Below, piece by piece: positions 17,190 through 26,460 of a stretch of 64,000 bases of DNA. Numbering within the stretch: position 1 is the first letter of the stretch; each line of letters starts with the position of its first letter. The translations under genes were made by a program, and so were the position numbers. The notes under the pieces were generated by a model. The model was given only the letters and a program-made list of their open reading frames with translations, was not told the DNA's origin and did no database searches. The stretch spans positions 3,932-67,931 of the forward strand of contig JAJQCD010000010.1 in NCBI GenBank assembly GCA_021202925.1, given 5' to 3'. The DNA comes from Clostridiales bacterium (GTDB lineage: Bacteria > Bacillota > Clostridia > Lachnospirales > Lachnospiraceae).

Positions 17190-17365
17190 AAAAAGAAAGA
17201 GCCTTGCCATTGCAAGGCTCTCACTCAAGCGTTTTCATTCGATTCCGGGGAATCTAGTCGGCTTGTGGTAACCGCATAACCCACGGGCTGGCTCCACAGA
17301 TGGCTGCATTCCGACACAGTCAACTGTTTCATCACCACGATAGCTGGTCATCGCCGCTATCCTCT
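17190..17365 (-). ncRNA. Candidate ~175-nt structured sRNA
   Basis: Own promoter and 10-bp terminator stem (17198-17221, then TTCTTTTT); internal stems GATAGC/GCTATC, GTCGG/CCGAC and GATTC/GAATC. Confidence 0.55.
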
Positions 17366-17371
17366 ATAAAC

Positions 17372-17399
17372 ATTATAACACAAAAAAGGAACCCGTCAA
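17372..17399 (-). promoter_or_regulatory. Sigma-A promoter with extended -10
   Basis: TTGACG (17399-94), 16-bp spacer, TGnTATAAT (-10 at 17377-72). Confidence 0.7.
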
Positions 17400-17523
17400 C
17401 GAGATTTCTGCTTTTCTTGCAGGGAGTCTAAGGCCTTTTTCGTGAGCATGCTTACCGCATGCCTTATTTATTATATGCAGAGAAACGAAAAAATCAACAG
17501 AAAATTTTGAAAACGGAGGTGAG

Positions 17524-17733
17524 AGAAGACATGATATTTAAGTAATAAAGTGATGAAGATAAGGAACTGTGTCAGAATCCCTATACACCATTTTCCACAC
17601 CAGAATATTACACCATTGTAAATCAGAATAAATTCCTGAACTCGAAAAGAGGCAGCAAATATCACGATTTAAATCTCTATAACCCTGCGAAGAACAGACG
17701 GAGATTAACCTTTCCTTTTTAAATGGCTCCGGC
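17524..17733. repeat. 210-bp direct repeat, copy B
   Basis: See copy A; its right end overlaps the livF terminator hairpin. Confidence 0.9.
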
Positions 17734-17752
17734 ATGAAAACATGCCGGAGCC
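17725..17752 (-). terminator. Terminator hairpin of the liv operon
   Basis: ggctccggcatg-aaaa-catgccggagcc just downstream of the livF stop. Confidence 0.7.
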
Positions 17753-17770
17753 GGTTTTTGTAAAAAGGAT

Positions 17771-18478
17771 TCAATTTTTCTTTCCCAGATAGGCCGCCTT
17801 CACGGATTCATCCGCGAGGAGCTCTTTTCCTGTACCGGTGAGTGAGATCTTGCCGGTTTCCAGTACGTAGCCGATATCGGCAACCTGGAGCGCCATGTTG
17901 GCGTTTTGCTCGATCAGCAGGACGGTGACGCCCTGGCTGTGAATCTCCTTTATGATCGAGAAAATGTTTTTCACGATGATGGGGGCAAGACCCAGGGAGG
18001 GCTCGTCCATCATGAGGATCTTCGGGCGGCTCATCAGGGCGCGTGCGACGGCGAGCATCTGCTGCTCACCGCCGGAGAGGGTTCCGGCGAGTTGCCAGCT
18101 TCGTTCCTTTAAGCGGGGGAACAGGTCGTACATGCGGTTGATATCCTCATCCAGGGAGTCGTTTCGCAGATAGGCGCCGATGCGGATGTTCTCAATCACC
18201 GTCATGTCGGGGAAAACACGTCGGCCTTCCGGAACCATGGAAATTCCCTTTTTGACAATGTCCGGTGTGCTGACGCCGATTAATTCTTCTCCATCGAGGG
18301 TGATACTGCTTCCCGGCGCAGCCTTTACCAGCCCGGCGATGGCGCGGAGTGTGGTACTTTTTCCGGCGCCGTTGGCGCCGATCAGGGTCACGATGGTTTT
18401 GTCAGGTACTTCAAAGGAAATTCCCTTGACGGCCTCGATACCGCCGTAATTTACTTTCAGATTATCAATTTTCAGCAT
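17771..18478 (-). CDS. livF: Branched-chain amino acid ABC transporter ATPase
   Basis: GANGAGKST, LSGGEQQMLAVARAL, MMDEPSLGLAP. Confidence 0.95.
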   Translation of the reverse strand: MLKIDNLKVNYGGIEAVKGISFEVPDKTIVTLIGANGAGKSTTLRAIAGLVKAAPGSSITLDGEELIGVSTPDIVKKGISMVPEGRRVFPDMTVIENIRIGAYLRNDSLDEDINRMYDLFPRLKERSWQLAGTLSGGEQQMLAVARALMSRPKILMMDEPSLGLAPIIVKNIFSIIKEIHSQGVTVLLIEQNANMALQVADIGYVLETGKISLTGTGKELLADESVKAAYLGKKN

Positions 18479-19319
18479 CGTCACTCACCCCCAGATATGC
18501 TTCAATCACTCGTGGGTTACTCTGGACCTCATCCGGTGTGCCATGGGCAATCAGCTTTCCGAAATCCAGTACATAGATACGGTCGGAAATCTGCATGACC
18601 AGATCCATGTGGTGTTCAATCATGAAAATGGTCAGTTTGTAAGAATCCCGAATCTGTCGGATAAAATCAGTCAGCTCCTGTGTTTCCTGCGGATTCATGC
18701 CGGCAGCCGGTTCGTCGAGAAGCAAAAGCTTTGGTTCTGTGGCAAGCGCCCGGGCGATCTCTAACCGTCGCTGTAAGCCATAGGGCAGGGAGGAGGCAAT
18801 CTCATCCTTCAGGTGAAGGAGATTCTGCTCGGCGAGAAGTTCGGTGGTTTCCTCGCGCATTCGTTTTTCTTCCGCGTGGTTTAAGCGGAGAGTGGCAGAA
18901 AACACGTTCTGTCTGGCGCGCATATGTTTGGCAATCAGTACGTTATCAAACACGGTCAGCTGGCCGAAGAGGCGGATATTCTGGAAGGTACGCGCGATCC
19001 CTTTCTTTGTGATTACGTCGGGAGAGTTGTGGACAGTCGGAATCTGTCTGAGTTCTGCGTCTCCGGCATAGGCCTTCTTCATCTTGCCGGATGGCATATG
19101 GGAAAGGATTGTTTCGCCATAGAACTGAACCTGACCGTATGTTGGCTCATAGATGCCGGTGACACAGTTGAATGCGGTGGTCTTTCCGGCGCCGTTGGGG
19201 CCGATCAGGGCGATGATTTCGCCTTCATTGACATCCAGCGTCAGATTGTTGACGGCGACGACGCCGCCAAACTGCATGGTAATGTCCTGCATATGAAGAA
19301 CCTGTTTTGTCTCAGCCAT
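18465..19319 (-). CDS. livG: Branched-chain amino acid ABC transporter ATPase
   Basis: GPNGAGKTT, LPYGLQRRLEIARAL, LLDEPAAGMN, IEHHM. Confidence 0.95.
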   Translation of the reverse strand: MAETKQVLHMQDITMQFGGVVAVNNLTLDVNEGEIIALIGPNGAGKTTAFNCVTGIYEPTYGQVQFYGETILSHMPSGKMKKAYAGDAELRQIPTVHNSPDVITKKGIARTFQNIRLFGQLTVFDNVLIAKHMRARQNVFSATLRLNHAEEKRMREETTELLAEQNLLHLKDEIASSLPYGLQRRLEIARALATEPKLLLLDEPAAGMNPQETQELTDFIRQIRDSYKLTIFMIEHHMDLVMQISDRIYVLDFGKLIAHGTPDEVQSNPRVIEAYLGVSDDAEN

Positions 19320-20422
19320 CACGGGTTGCCCCCTTTCTGTTTTCGCCCTTTTCCGGCAAATTTTGCCGGAACACTCCGGATCAGCCGGCCAAGGCCGTCC
19401 CAGGAGAATTCATTGCTTCCCATGATGCCGCGCCGGTAGAAGAGAACGACAACCATCAGCAGGATCGAGAAGATAACCATGCGGAAGCCGGTGCGGAACA
19501 AGGGAATATTGACTCCGGCGATGATCAGAGGCTCGTCGAAGAAGCGGAGCCATTCACGGCCTGCTGTGACCAGGAATGAACCGACGATGCTTCCTGTTAC
19601 GCTCCCGATGCCGCCCAGGACGACGATCAGGAGAATGTCGTAGGTCAGCGAGATCTGGAAGGTTTTCGAGTCGATGGAGCGCATGAACATGGCGAGCAGT
19701 CCGCCTCCGACTCCGGTGAAGAAGGAAGACGCCACAAAAGCCAGTTCTTTATAGCGGAACAGATTCAGTCCCATGGCCTGGGCGGCAATCTCGTCCTCGC
19801 GCAGTGCCTTAAAGACTCGTCCGTAGGAGGAGTTAATCAGCAGCAGCATCAGCAGAATGCAGAGGGCGCAGAGACCGAATGCGACATACAGGTTTGGGAA
19901 GCCGGGAATATTCTTCAGGCCGTAGGAGCCGTTCGTAATCCGGTCAAGCTGCGGGGCAGCGATAACCGCACGGATGATTTCGGAAAAACCAAGAGTAGCA
20001 ATTGCCAGATAGTCACTTTTCAGCCGTAAGACCGGGATACCGATCAGAGCGGCGACGGCGGCAGCCAGAAGTCCGGCCAGAATCAGAGCGAGCCAGAAGG
20101 GACACTCCAGGTTTTCGATGACCGGCGAAATGCCGCTTACATAGTAGACGCTGGCACGATTTTCAACCGGAATGGTCAGAATTGCAACCGTATATGCGCC
20201 AATCGCCATAAATCCGGCCTGTCCGAGTGAGAAAAGCCCGGTGAAACCGGTCAGCAGGTTCATGGATACGGCGACCACAGCGTAGATGGCAGCACGCTCC
20301 AGGATCGAGATCTGGTAGCTGTATTCGGATTTGTTGGTCTGCAGAAAGGCCAGAAGCGCAATGATGACGACTAATGCGACCAGGCTGCAGAGATGATTTC
20401 TGGATATGGTATGTTTTTTCAT
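19319..20422 (-). CDS. livM: Branched-chain amino acid ABC permease
   Basis: GLFSLGQAGFMAIGAY, LRLKSDYLAIATLGFSEII, VVLGGIGS. Confidence 0.93.
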   Translation of the reverse strand: MKKHTISRNHLCSLVALVVIIALLAFLQTNKSEYSYQISILERAAIYAVVAVSMNLLTGFTGLFSLGQAGFMAIGAYTVAILTIPVENRASVYYVSGISPVIENLECPFWLALILAGLLAAAVAALIGIPVLRLKSDYLAIATLGFSEIIRAVIAAPQLDRITNGSYGLKNIPGFPNLYVAFGLCALCILLMLLLINSSYGRVFKALREDEIAAQAMGLNLFRYKELAFVASSFFTGVGGGLLAMFMRSIDSKTFQISLTYDILLIVVLGGIGSVTGSIVGSFLVTAGREWLRFFDEPLIIAGVNIPLFRTGFRMVIFSILLMVVVLFYRRGIMGSNEFSWDGLGRLIRSVPAKFAGKGRKQKGGNP

Positions 20423-20432
20423 TTCGCTCACC

Positions 20433-21314
20433 TCACACTTTATCGGTAATCTTCTCGCCGAACAGGCCGGTAGGCTTGATGAGGAGAATGATGATCAACA
20501 GGACAAAGGTAAATGCGTCGCTGAAGGTGGAGTAGCCCATGGCAACCAGAGCGGTCTCGCCGAGCCCCAGAATGAAGCCTCCGATGACTGCGCCGGGAAT
20601 GCTGCCAATGCCGCCAAACACGGCCGCCACAAAGCATTTCAGTCCCGGGAGAGAACCGGAAAATGGAAAGACCGTCATGCGGTCTGTGAAATAGAGCACA
20701 GAACCGACTGCCGCCAGAAGGGAACCGACCGCGAAGGTAAAGGTGATCACCGTATTGATTTTAATGCCCATCAAGGCAGCCGTATCATAATCCCTGGAGA
20801 CTGCGCGCATTGCCATGCCGATTTTGGTCTTGTTGATCAGAATAATCAGAAGATAGACGATGAACAGGGTCAGAATCGGCGTCAGAAAGGTGACGAAGGA
20901 AGCAGAAAGTCCCCCGATCTGAAAGATTTTTTTCAGAAACGGAATTTCCGGGTAGCCTTTTGGCAAAGCCGTGAACAGGTAAGTCGCAAGGTTCTGGAGC
21001 AGATAGGATACACCGATGGCCGAGATCATGGCTGACATTCTCGGGGCGCTGCGAAGCGGCCGGTAGGCGACGCGTTCGATCAGGACGCCGAGTACGACGG
21101 TGGCGATCAGAACCAGAGGGATGGCGATGGGCCAGGGAAAGCTTGCCATCGCAAAAATCATAAAATATCCGGCCATCATGAAAATGTCGCCGTGAGCGAA
21201 ATTGATCAGCCGGAGAATGCCGTAAACCAGTGTATATCCGATGGCGATCAGCGCATAGGCGCCGCCCAGGGAGATGCCGGTCAGGCATTGCTGCAGGAAG
21301 GTTGTCAGACTCAT
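20433..21314 (-). CDS. livH: Branched-chain amino acid ABC permease
   Basis: LIAIGYTLVYGILRLINFAHGD, FVAAVFGGIGSIPGA. Confidence 0.95.
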   Translation of the reverse strand: MSLTTFLQQCLTGISLGGAYALIAIGYTLVYGILRLINFAHGDIFMMAGYFMIFAMASFPWPIAIPLVLIATVVLGVLIERVAYRPLRSAPRMSAMISAIGVSYLLQNLATYLFTALPKGYPEIPFLKKIFQIGGLSASFVTFLTPILTLFIVYLLIILINKTKIGMAMRAVSRDYDTAALMGIKINTVITFTFAVGSLLAAVGSVLYFTDRMTVFPFSGSLPGLKCFVAAVFGGIGSIPGAVIGGFILGLGETALVAMGYSTFSDAFTFVLLIIILLIKPTGLFGEKITDKV

Positions 21315-21504
21315 AAGGGGAATTGCCTCCTAATCATAGTACGAAAACAGTTGAAGTGGATTGCGGATTTGCTGCGGATCGCTTCTTTTGTATGCGGCAA
21401 ATCGAAAACGAGCGGGGAAGCCTTTCGTGCGCCCCACTCGTCGCTTTCAGGAACAGGGGGAGACGCGGATTCGGCGTCTCCCGATAACAGCCTGGCATGG
21501 CTGT

Positions 21505-22743
21505 TTACTTTACAGTAGTAGTGGTAAGGAACTTGAACTGGCCGTCTTCGATCGTCTTGATGAACGCCATATCCTTGTCCGCGTCTCCGTTCTCATCGAA
21601 GGAAATGCTTCCGGTCACGCCGTCGATGCTGACATTTGCGAGGGCATCGCGGATTGCGGTGGTGTCGGTGGAGCCGGCATCCTCAATCGCCTGCAGTGCA
21701 CACAGATAAGCGTCGTAGCCAAGTGCGGATACGGCCGGGATGATCTCTTCCTGATCGTTCGCCTTCAGATACTCCTTAAAGCCGGTGATGAAGGAAGCGG
21801 CTTCATCGTTTGCCGGTTCTGCCTCATCAAAGAAGGTAGAAAGGACAACGCCCTCCGCGGATTCTCCCGCGTTCTCGATGATGGTGGAGTTCTCCCAGGT
21901 ATCGCCTGCCGCAATCGTGGCGGTAATGCCCAGCTCACGCGCCTGCTTGATGATCAGCGGAGCCGTGGTGATGGAAGACGGGGCAAAGATGATATCCGGC
22001 TCCTGCGCCTTGATGTTGGTCAGGATGGCCTTGAAATCGGTCTGGTTGGTCTGGAACTGTTCTTCGCTGACGATGGTGCCGCCCAGATCAGCAAAAGCAG
22101 TCTTGAAATAGGAGCCGAGTCCGGACGAATAGTCGTCGCCCAGCTGTGTGATGACGGCAGCGGTCTGCGCACCATTGTCGATCGCGTAATTTGCCATGAC
22201 TGTGCCCTGGAACGGATCCAGGAAGCAGACACGGAAATAATAGTCATTGCCCTGAGTAACCTGCGGGTTGGTGCAGGATGCGCCGATTGCCGGGATCTGC
22301 GCGTCAGCGAAGATCTGGCCTGCAGCAATGGACACGCCGGAACCGTAGCTTCCGAGTACGACAGACACCTTCTCACTGACCAGCTTCTGCGCCGCATTGA
22401 CCGCTTCGGTCTTGTCTGACTTATTGTCGACTTCGACAAGCTGAACCGTATATTCGGTATCGCCGACTTTCACGGTCGGGTGAGTCTCGTTCGCGTAACG
22501 GATACCCAGAACCTCCTGGAAACCGCCTCCGCCGTTCTCGCCGGTCGTCGGCTCGAATACGCCGATCTTGATGACCTGATCGCCGGAGCTGGCAGCCGCC
22601 GCAGCTGTAGTCTCCGCGGCTGCTTCTGTAGCGGAGCCGGTATCTGATGAGCTGGAAGAGCCGGAACCTGAACTGCAGCCGGCCATCATGCCGGTACACA
22701 TGCATGCACATAATGCGAGTGACAGGATCTTTCTCAGTTTCAT
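21505..22743 (-). CDS. livK: Branched-chain amino acid ABC substrate-binding lipoprotein
   Basis: Signal peptide with lipobox MAGC, Ser/Ala-rich linker, VDNKSD, YFRVCFLDPFQG, GYDAY. Confidence 0.9.
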   Translation of the reverse strand: MKLRKILSLALCACMCTGMMAGCSSGSGSSSSSDTGSATEAAAETTAAAAASSGDQVIKIGVFEPTTGENGGGGFQEVLGIRYANETHPTVKVGDTEYTVQLVEVDNKSDKTEAVNAAQKLVSEKVSVVLGSYGSGVSIAAGQIFADAQIPAIGASCTNPQVTQGNDYYFRVCFLDPFQGTVMANYAIDNGAQTAAVITQLGDDYSSGLGSYFKTAFADLGGTIVSEEQFQTNQTDFKAILTNIKAQEPDIIFAPSSITTAPLIIKQARELGITATIAAGDTWENSTIIENAGESAEGVVLSTFFDEAEPANDEAASFITGFKEYLKANDQEEIIPAVSALGYDAYLCALQAIEDAGSTDTTAIRDALANVSIDGVTGSISFDENGDADKDMAFIKTIEDGQFKFLTTTTVK

Positions 22744-22916
22744 AATGTTATCCTCCTTCTTCGTGTTCTCATATGCGGACAGCCCGGTCTGTATTTGCCG
22801 GATGCACAAGTGTCTTCGCAATGAACACACGATGCACTCTATTATAGCAGATGGAGCGAAAACTTCAAGGATAATACCGGAAAAACTTTAATTTTTAATG
22901 CAAATTTATTTGTTCG

Positions 22917-22945
22917 TTGACATCGAATTCAGAAAGTTGTATAAT
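22917..22945 (+). promoter_or_regulatory. Consensus sigma-A promoter for the tannase-like gene
   Basis: TTGACA (22917-22), 17-bp spacer, TATAAT (22940-45). Confidence 0.8.
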
Positions 22946-22999
22946 TAATTCGGTATCTTGTAGATATGGGGATTTCATTTATGAACAGGAGGTTACACG

Positions 23000-24766
23000 A
23001 TGAAAAGACGAAGAAAGGCCGGCATTATGCTGGCAGCTGCAGTCCTGGCGGGAATTCAGCTTGCCGGAGGCGGCTTCTGTTCGATGGCTGCGGAGACGGA
23101 GGAGGTGACGACGACGGAAACCGGGAGTATAGGCCTGAATGCGTCCATTGATCTGGCGGCGCTTCTTGCGTCCGGTAAGTATACGCTTAAGAAGGCGGAA
23201 CAGTCTTACCTGACGGTGGAGTGCTATGAGATTGAGAAGGTGCAGTACACGACAACGGTCGTGGACGATTCGATCCAGTATATGAATATCTGGATTCCGA
23301 AGGAGTACGTCAATGCGGATGGTTCTTTTAACTGGGAGGCGCAGGTGAACGGTTACACCGCTTCCACGGCTCCGGTAATATTCCGGAACAACTGTTCCGG
23401 CTGGATGTCCAGCAGTGCGGATAATGACAGTGAGAATTCCATTGGACTGAATGATTACATGACGAACGGGTTTGTTTTCGTGTCCTGCGGCGCCCGCAGC
23501 CGGGATGCCAATGACGGCGGCGCAGAGGGCAGTCACAGGAACTGGGGGAAGGCGCCGACGCCGGTCGTTGATCTGAAAGCCGGGATTCGTTTTCTCAGAG
23601 CCAACGCGGGCGTGATCCCGGGTGATACGAATCATATTATTTCCATCGGAGGTTCGGGCGCAGGGGAAATGAGTACGACGCTGGGTGCAACCGGCAATAT
23701 GGATGATTACTATCCATATCTTTACGAAGCCGGCGCCGCGGGTATTTCCCATGATGAATCGACAGGTGCCTATACCAGTACCATCAGTGACGCGGTATAT
23801 GCCTGCATGGCATATTATCCGATTACCGATATTGATAACGCGGATATCGCTTACGCCTGGATGCGTATGAATACCGGTGAAACCGATGCGGTTACCATGA
23901 CCGGCGAATATGTGCAGTTTACAGATTTTCAGCTGGCCCTGCAACAGGATGAAGCGTATGCATTTGTTGATTATCTGAACAGTTTGAATCTGGTTGATAT
24001 GAATGGCAATGCACTGCAGCTGACCGGTGTTCGTTCCGGCAGCTATTACGATGCGATTCTCAATAACATTTCCGACGCACTGAATGCGTACCTGGCTTCC
24101 ATGAGCGAGGGAGAGGCCGCGGAGTACGCTGCCAGACTTACCGCTACGAATACGGATGAACGGACCTGGATCATACAGAAGGAAGACGGAAGCTACGCAG
24201 TTGTTGATCTGGATGGTTTTATGATGAACAATGGAAACGAAGGAGATCCGTCTACGATCGGGCAGGTATTTTTGCGTAACAAGGATATCCCCGGATTTGA
24301 TACGCTGAATCTGAATGCGGAAAACAATGCGTTCGGCTATGGAGATCAGGTTGCGGTTCATTATTCTACGACAGTTGCGAAGGTGCTGGAGGACAATTAT
24401 GACAAGTATCTGACGCTGATGACGGATGAGGAAAAAGCGGAAGTGGATCTGTATATCGAACAGGCTCTGCATGGCGAGCAGGCGGAATTCCTGGAATACC
24501 AGACATATCTGATGGATGCCATGGAGATTATGTATAAGATCAAAGCCGGTCAGGAGACTGCAGAGATTGCCCAGCATTGGCGCATCCGCAGCGGTACCTC
24601 TGACCAGCATACCTCCTTCTCGATTGGTTATAACACGGCGCTTGCAGCCAGGGCGAACGGTATCGATATTGATTATCATCTGGTGTGGGCGATGATCCAT
24701 GGAGGAGAACTGGAAGGGACTTCCACCGGTACGTTTGTTGACTGGGTGAATGGTCTGATGAAATAA
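23000..24766 (+). CDS. Secreted alpha/beta-hydrolase, bacterial (subtype B) tannase-like
   Basis: Signal peptide; PVIFRNN, GKAPTPVVDLKAGIRFLRAN, SIGGSGAG, WRIRSGTSDQHTS and VWAMIHG follow the tannase family layout. Confidence 0.7.
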   Translation: MKRRRKAGIMLAAAVLAGIQLAGGGFCSMAAETEEVTTTETGSIGLNASIDLAALLASGKYTLKKAEQSYLTVECYEIEKVQYTTTVVDDSIQYMNIWIPKEYVNADGSFNWEAQVNGYTASTAPVIFRNNCSGWMSSSADNDSENSIGLNDYMTNGFVFVSCGARSRDANDGGAEGSHRNWGKAPTPVVDLKAGIRFLRANAGVIPGDTNHIISIGGSGAGEMSTTLGATGNMDDYYPYLYEAGAAGISHDESTGAYTSTISDAVYACMAYYPITDIDNADIAYAWMRMNTGETDAVTMTGEYVQFTDFQLALQQDEAYAFVDYLNSLNLVDMNGNALQLTGVRSGSYYDAILNNISDALNAYLASMSEGEAAEYAARLTATNTDERTWIIQKEDGSYAVVDLDGFMMNNGNEGDPSTIGQVFLRNKDIPGFDTLNLNAENNAFGYGDQVAVHYSTTVAKVLEDNYDKYLTLMTDEEKAEVDLYIEQALHGEQAEFLEYQTYLMDAMEIMYKIKAGQETAEIAQHWRIRSGTSDQHTSFSIGYNTALAARANGIDIDYHLVWAMIHGGELEGTSTGTFVDWVNGLMK

Positions 24767-24811
24767 CTGAAAATCTGTCGCTGCAAATAAATCAGTGACA
24801 AGATATCCTGA

Positions 24812-24858
24812 AAGAAGAAAGCTGCCACAGGAAGTATCCTGTGTGTAGCTTTCTTCTT
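24812..24858. terminator. Bidirectional terminator between convergent genes
   Basis: aagaagaaagctgc-cacagga-agta-tcctgtg-t-gtagctttcttctt. Confidence 0.7.
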
Positions 24859-24883
24859 CCTGTACAATCAGTCAATTACATGT

Positions 24884-25348
24884 TTATCTTGCCATAAAAG
24901 ATATATTCAATTTCATATCCATACCATTAGCAAGGCGTTTTAAAGTAGATAAAGAAGGATTTGCAAGACCTCTTTCAATCCTGCTTATATCCCCCTGATA
25001 TATACCTGTTTTCTCCGCAAGCTGTTTCTGTGTGATCCCTTTGTTTTCTCTCGCTTCAGATAATTTGGCTGCTAATTCATAAACAGGATCGACGTTCTCT
25101 TTTCCTATTGTGATTCCATCTTCCCAAATTGTTTCTGCATCCAAATCTAAATCGGCATTCCAGGATACGCCATATCCTCCGGCATCTACCTGCACTTGAC
25201 GGAATAAATTAATGTCATTTAAAGCCTGTGCAAGTGGATAAAAAGAAAACATTTCTCTTATGTTATATTTTTTGATAGTACCATCAAAAAATGTAGCGTG
25301 TAAGATTAAGTTTTCCTTTGGTTCAATAGCTTTTATTTTGTGCGTCAT
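24884..25348 (-). CDS. DUF2442 plus XRE-HTH protein (putative antitoxin)
   Basis: QVQVDAGGYGVSWNADLDLDAETIW followed by ARENKGITQKQLAEKTGIYQGDISRIERG. Confidence 0.85.
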   Translation of the reverse strand: MTHKIKAIEPKENLILHATFFDGTIKKYNIREMFSFYPLAQALNDINLFRQVQVDAGGYGVSWNADLDLDAETIWEDGITIGKENVDPVYELAAKLSEARENKGITQKQLAEKTGIYQGDISRIERGLANPSLSTLKRLANGMDMKLNISFMAR

Positions 25349-25371
25349 TTAAATCCCTCCCTTGCAATGAG

Positions 25372-25623
25372 TTATAATGGATCGAGATGCCTGAAATTTT
25401 GAGTTTCCCACATTTCTAAAAGTTCTGTTTGGTAGTTCTCAATAAACCTTTTAACTGCTTTCTGTTCTTTATTGCCCAAGTCACCTTCAAACATTTCTCC
25501 ATTTGACAGATTGAATGAACCAACACAGTCTCCGCATTTGGCGTGTAAATGCGGTGGATTATGTTCTTTGCGTCTTAGGTACATTTGTATTACAATTCCA
25601 TTGAACCTGGCTATTTCCGGCAT
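25372..25623 (-). CDS. DUF4160 protein (putative toxin)
   Basis: MPEIARFNGIVIQMY...EHNPPHLHA...LLEMWE; GGAGG RBS. Confidence 0.88.
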   Translation of the reverse strand: MPEIARFNGIVIQMYLRRKEHNPPHLHAKCGDCVGSFNLSNGEMFEGDLGNKEQKAVKRFIENYQTELLEMWETQNFRHLDPL

Positions 25624-25733
25624 TTTGTGAACCTCCATTACATGTTAGTTTTATTATATAGGATATTTCCTATAACGTCAAGCGAGTATTAAGACACAAT
25701 GATAGTAGGCGTTCCCGGATTATTTTAGGGTAG

Positions 25734-25919
25734 ATTCATGCTTATCGTCGCACAATTAATTCTAAGATGAGATGTGCGGGGGTGTCTGCAACAGTAGCAG
25801 CATCGCTGTTAGGGCATTCAAGAGAAGTGAATGAGAAGTATTATACTTTTGATATTACTAATATAGAGCAGAAAACTGCAATTGTTTCTAAAATAAACAA
25901 AGAAACAATTGCTATATAA
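25734..25919 (+). pseudogene. 3' remnant of a tyrosine integrase
   Basis: IHAYRRTINSKMRCAGVSATVAASLLGHSREVNEKYYTFDI...* contains HxxR, LGH and Tyr; in-frame TAG directly upstream. Confidence 0.8.
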
Positions 25920-25969
25920 CGATTGTTTCCTCGCCTGACTGCCAATTTATTTGATAGTCAAATGATTTG

Positions 25970-26010
25970 GTAATCAAAATATCCTGAAAAAGTAATCAAA
26001 AGTAATCAGA
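25970..26010 (+). repeat. GTAATCA(A/G)A direct repeats, probable integrase arm-type sites
   Basis: Copies at 25970, 25992 and 26002, between the integrase remnant and the tRNA 3' end. Confidence 0.55.
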
Positions 26011-26057
26011 ACATTCGTTCGATTGCATCAAAAAACCCTTATAAAATAAGGGCTGAA

Positions 26058-26131
26058 TCGGGGCAACAAGATTTGAACTTGCGACCTCTCGGCCCCCAGC
26101 CGAGCGCGCTACCAAGCTACGCCATACCCCG
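26058..26131 (-). tRNA. tRNA-Pro (GGG)
   Basis: CGGGGTA...TGCCCCG-A acceptor stem, anticodon arm CTCGG-CTGGGGG-CCGAG, TTCAAAT T-loop; CCA not encoded. Confidence 0.95.
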
Positions 26132-26460
26132 ATGTTTTAACTCGTTTAGTATAACACAGACAGCGGGATTTGGAAAGAGAAATTTTAAATTTTTATCGTG
26201 AGTCATTCCTTTCGCGATGTTGCAGGTTATGCTGGCAGAGGATCCGGATTCGCATAAAAGCCGGTATCTGCCGCAGTACAATATAGTTTGAAAAATGGCA
26301 ACTTCAAACAATTCAGGGTCAAAATTTAGCTTTATATTATGCTATATTAATAACACGGAAACACCAGGCATGCATGGGGGAATTACAAGAAAGTCAGAAA
26401 ACCGGCAAAATGTCGCGAAATTTTGTTGGTTTTCGGCAAAAAGAAAAGGAGAAGAACATC

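Noticed and set aside
17190-17365. 6S RNA or lysine riboswitch
   Set aside because: No long 5'/3' rod with a central bubble, and the lysine riboswitch core motifs are missing beyond the initial AGAGG.
21320-21500. GC-rich hairpins between livK and livH as a riboswitch or T-box
   Set aside because: No T-box or known aptamer motif; consistent with ordinary mRNA-stabilising stems after a binding-protein gene.
22979-24700. 573-aa minus-strand ORF, and the many other long antisense ORFs over pyrG, addA, glgX, dctM and the SSS gene
   Set aside because: Shadow frames of well-supported genes in GC-rich DNA, with no RBS or motifs.
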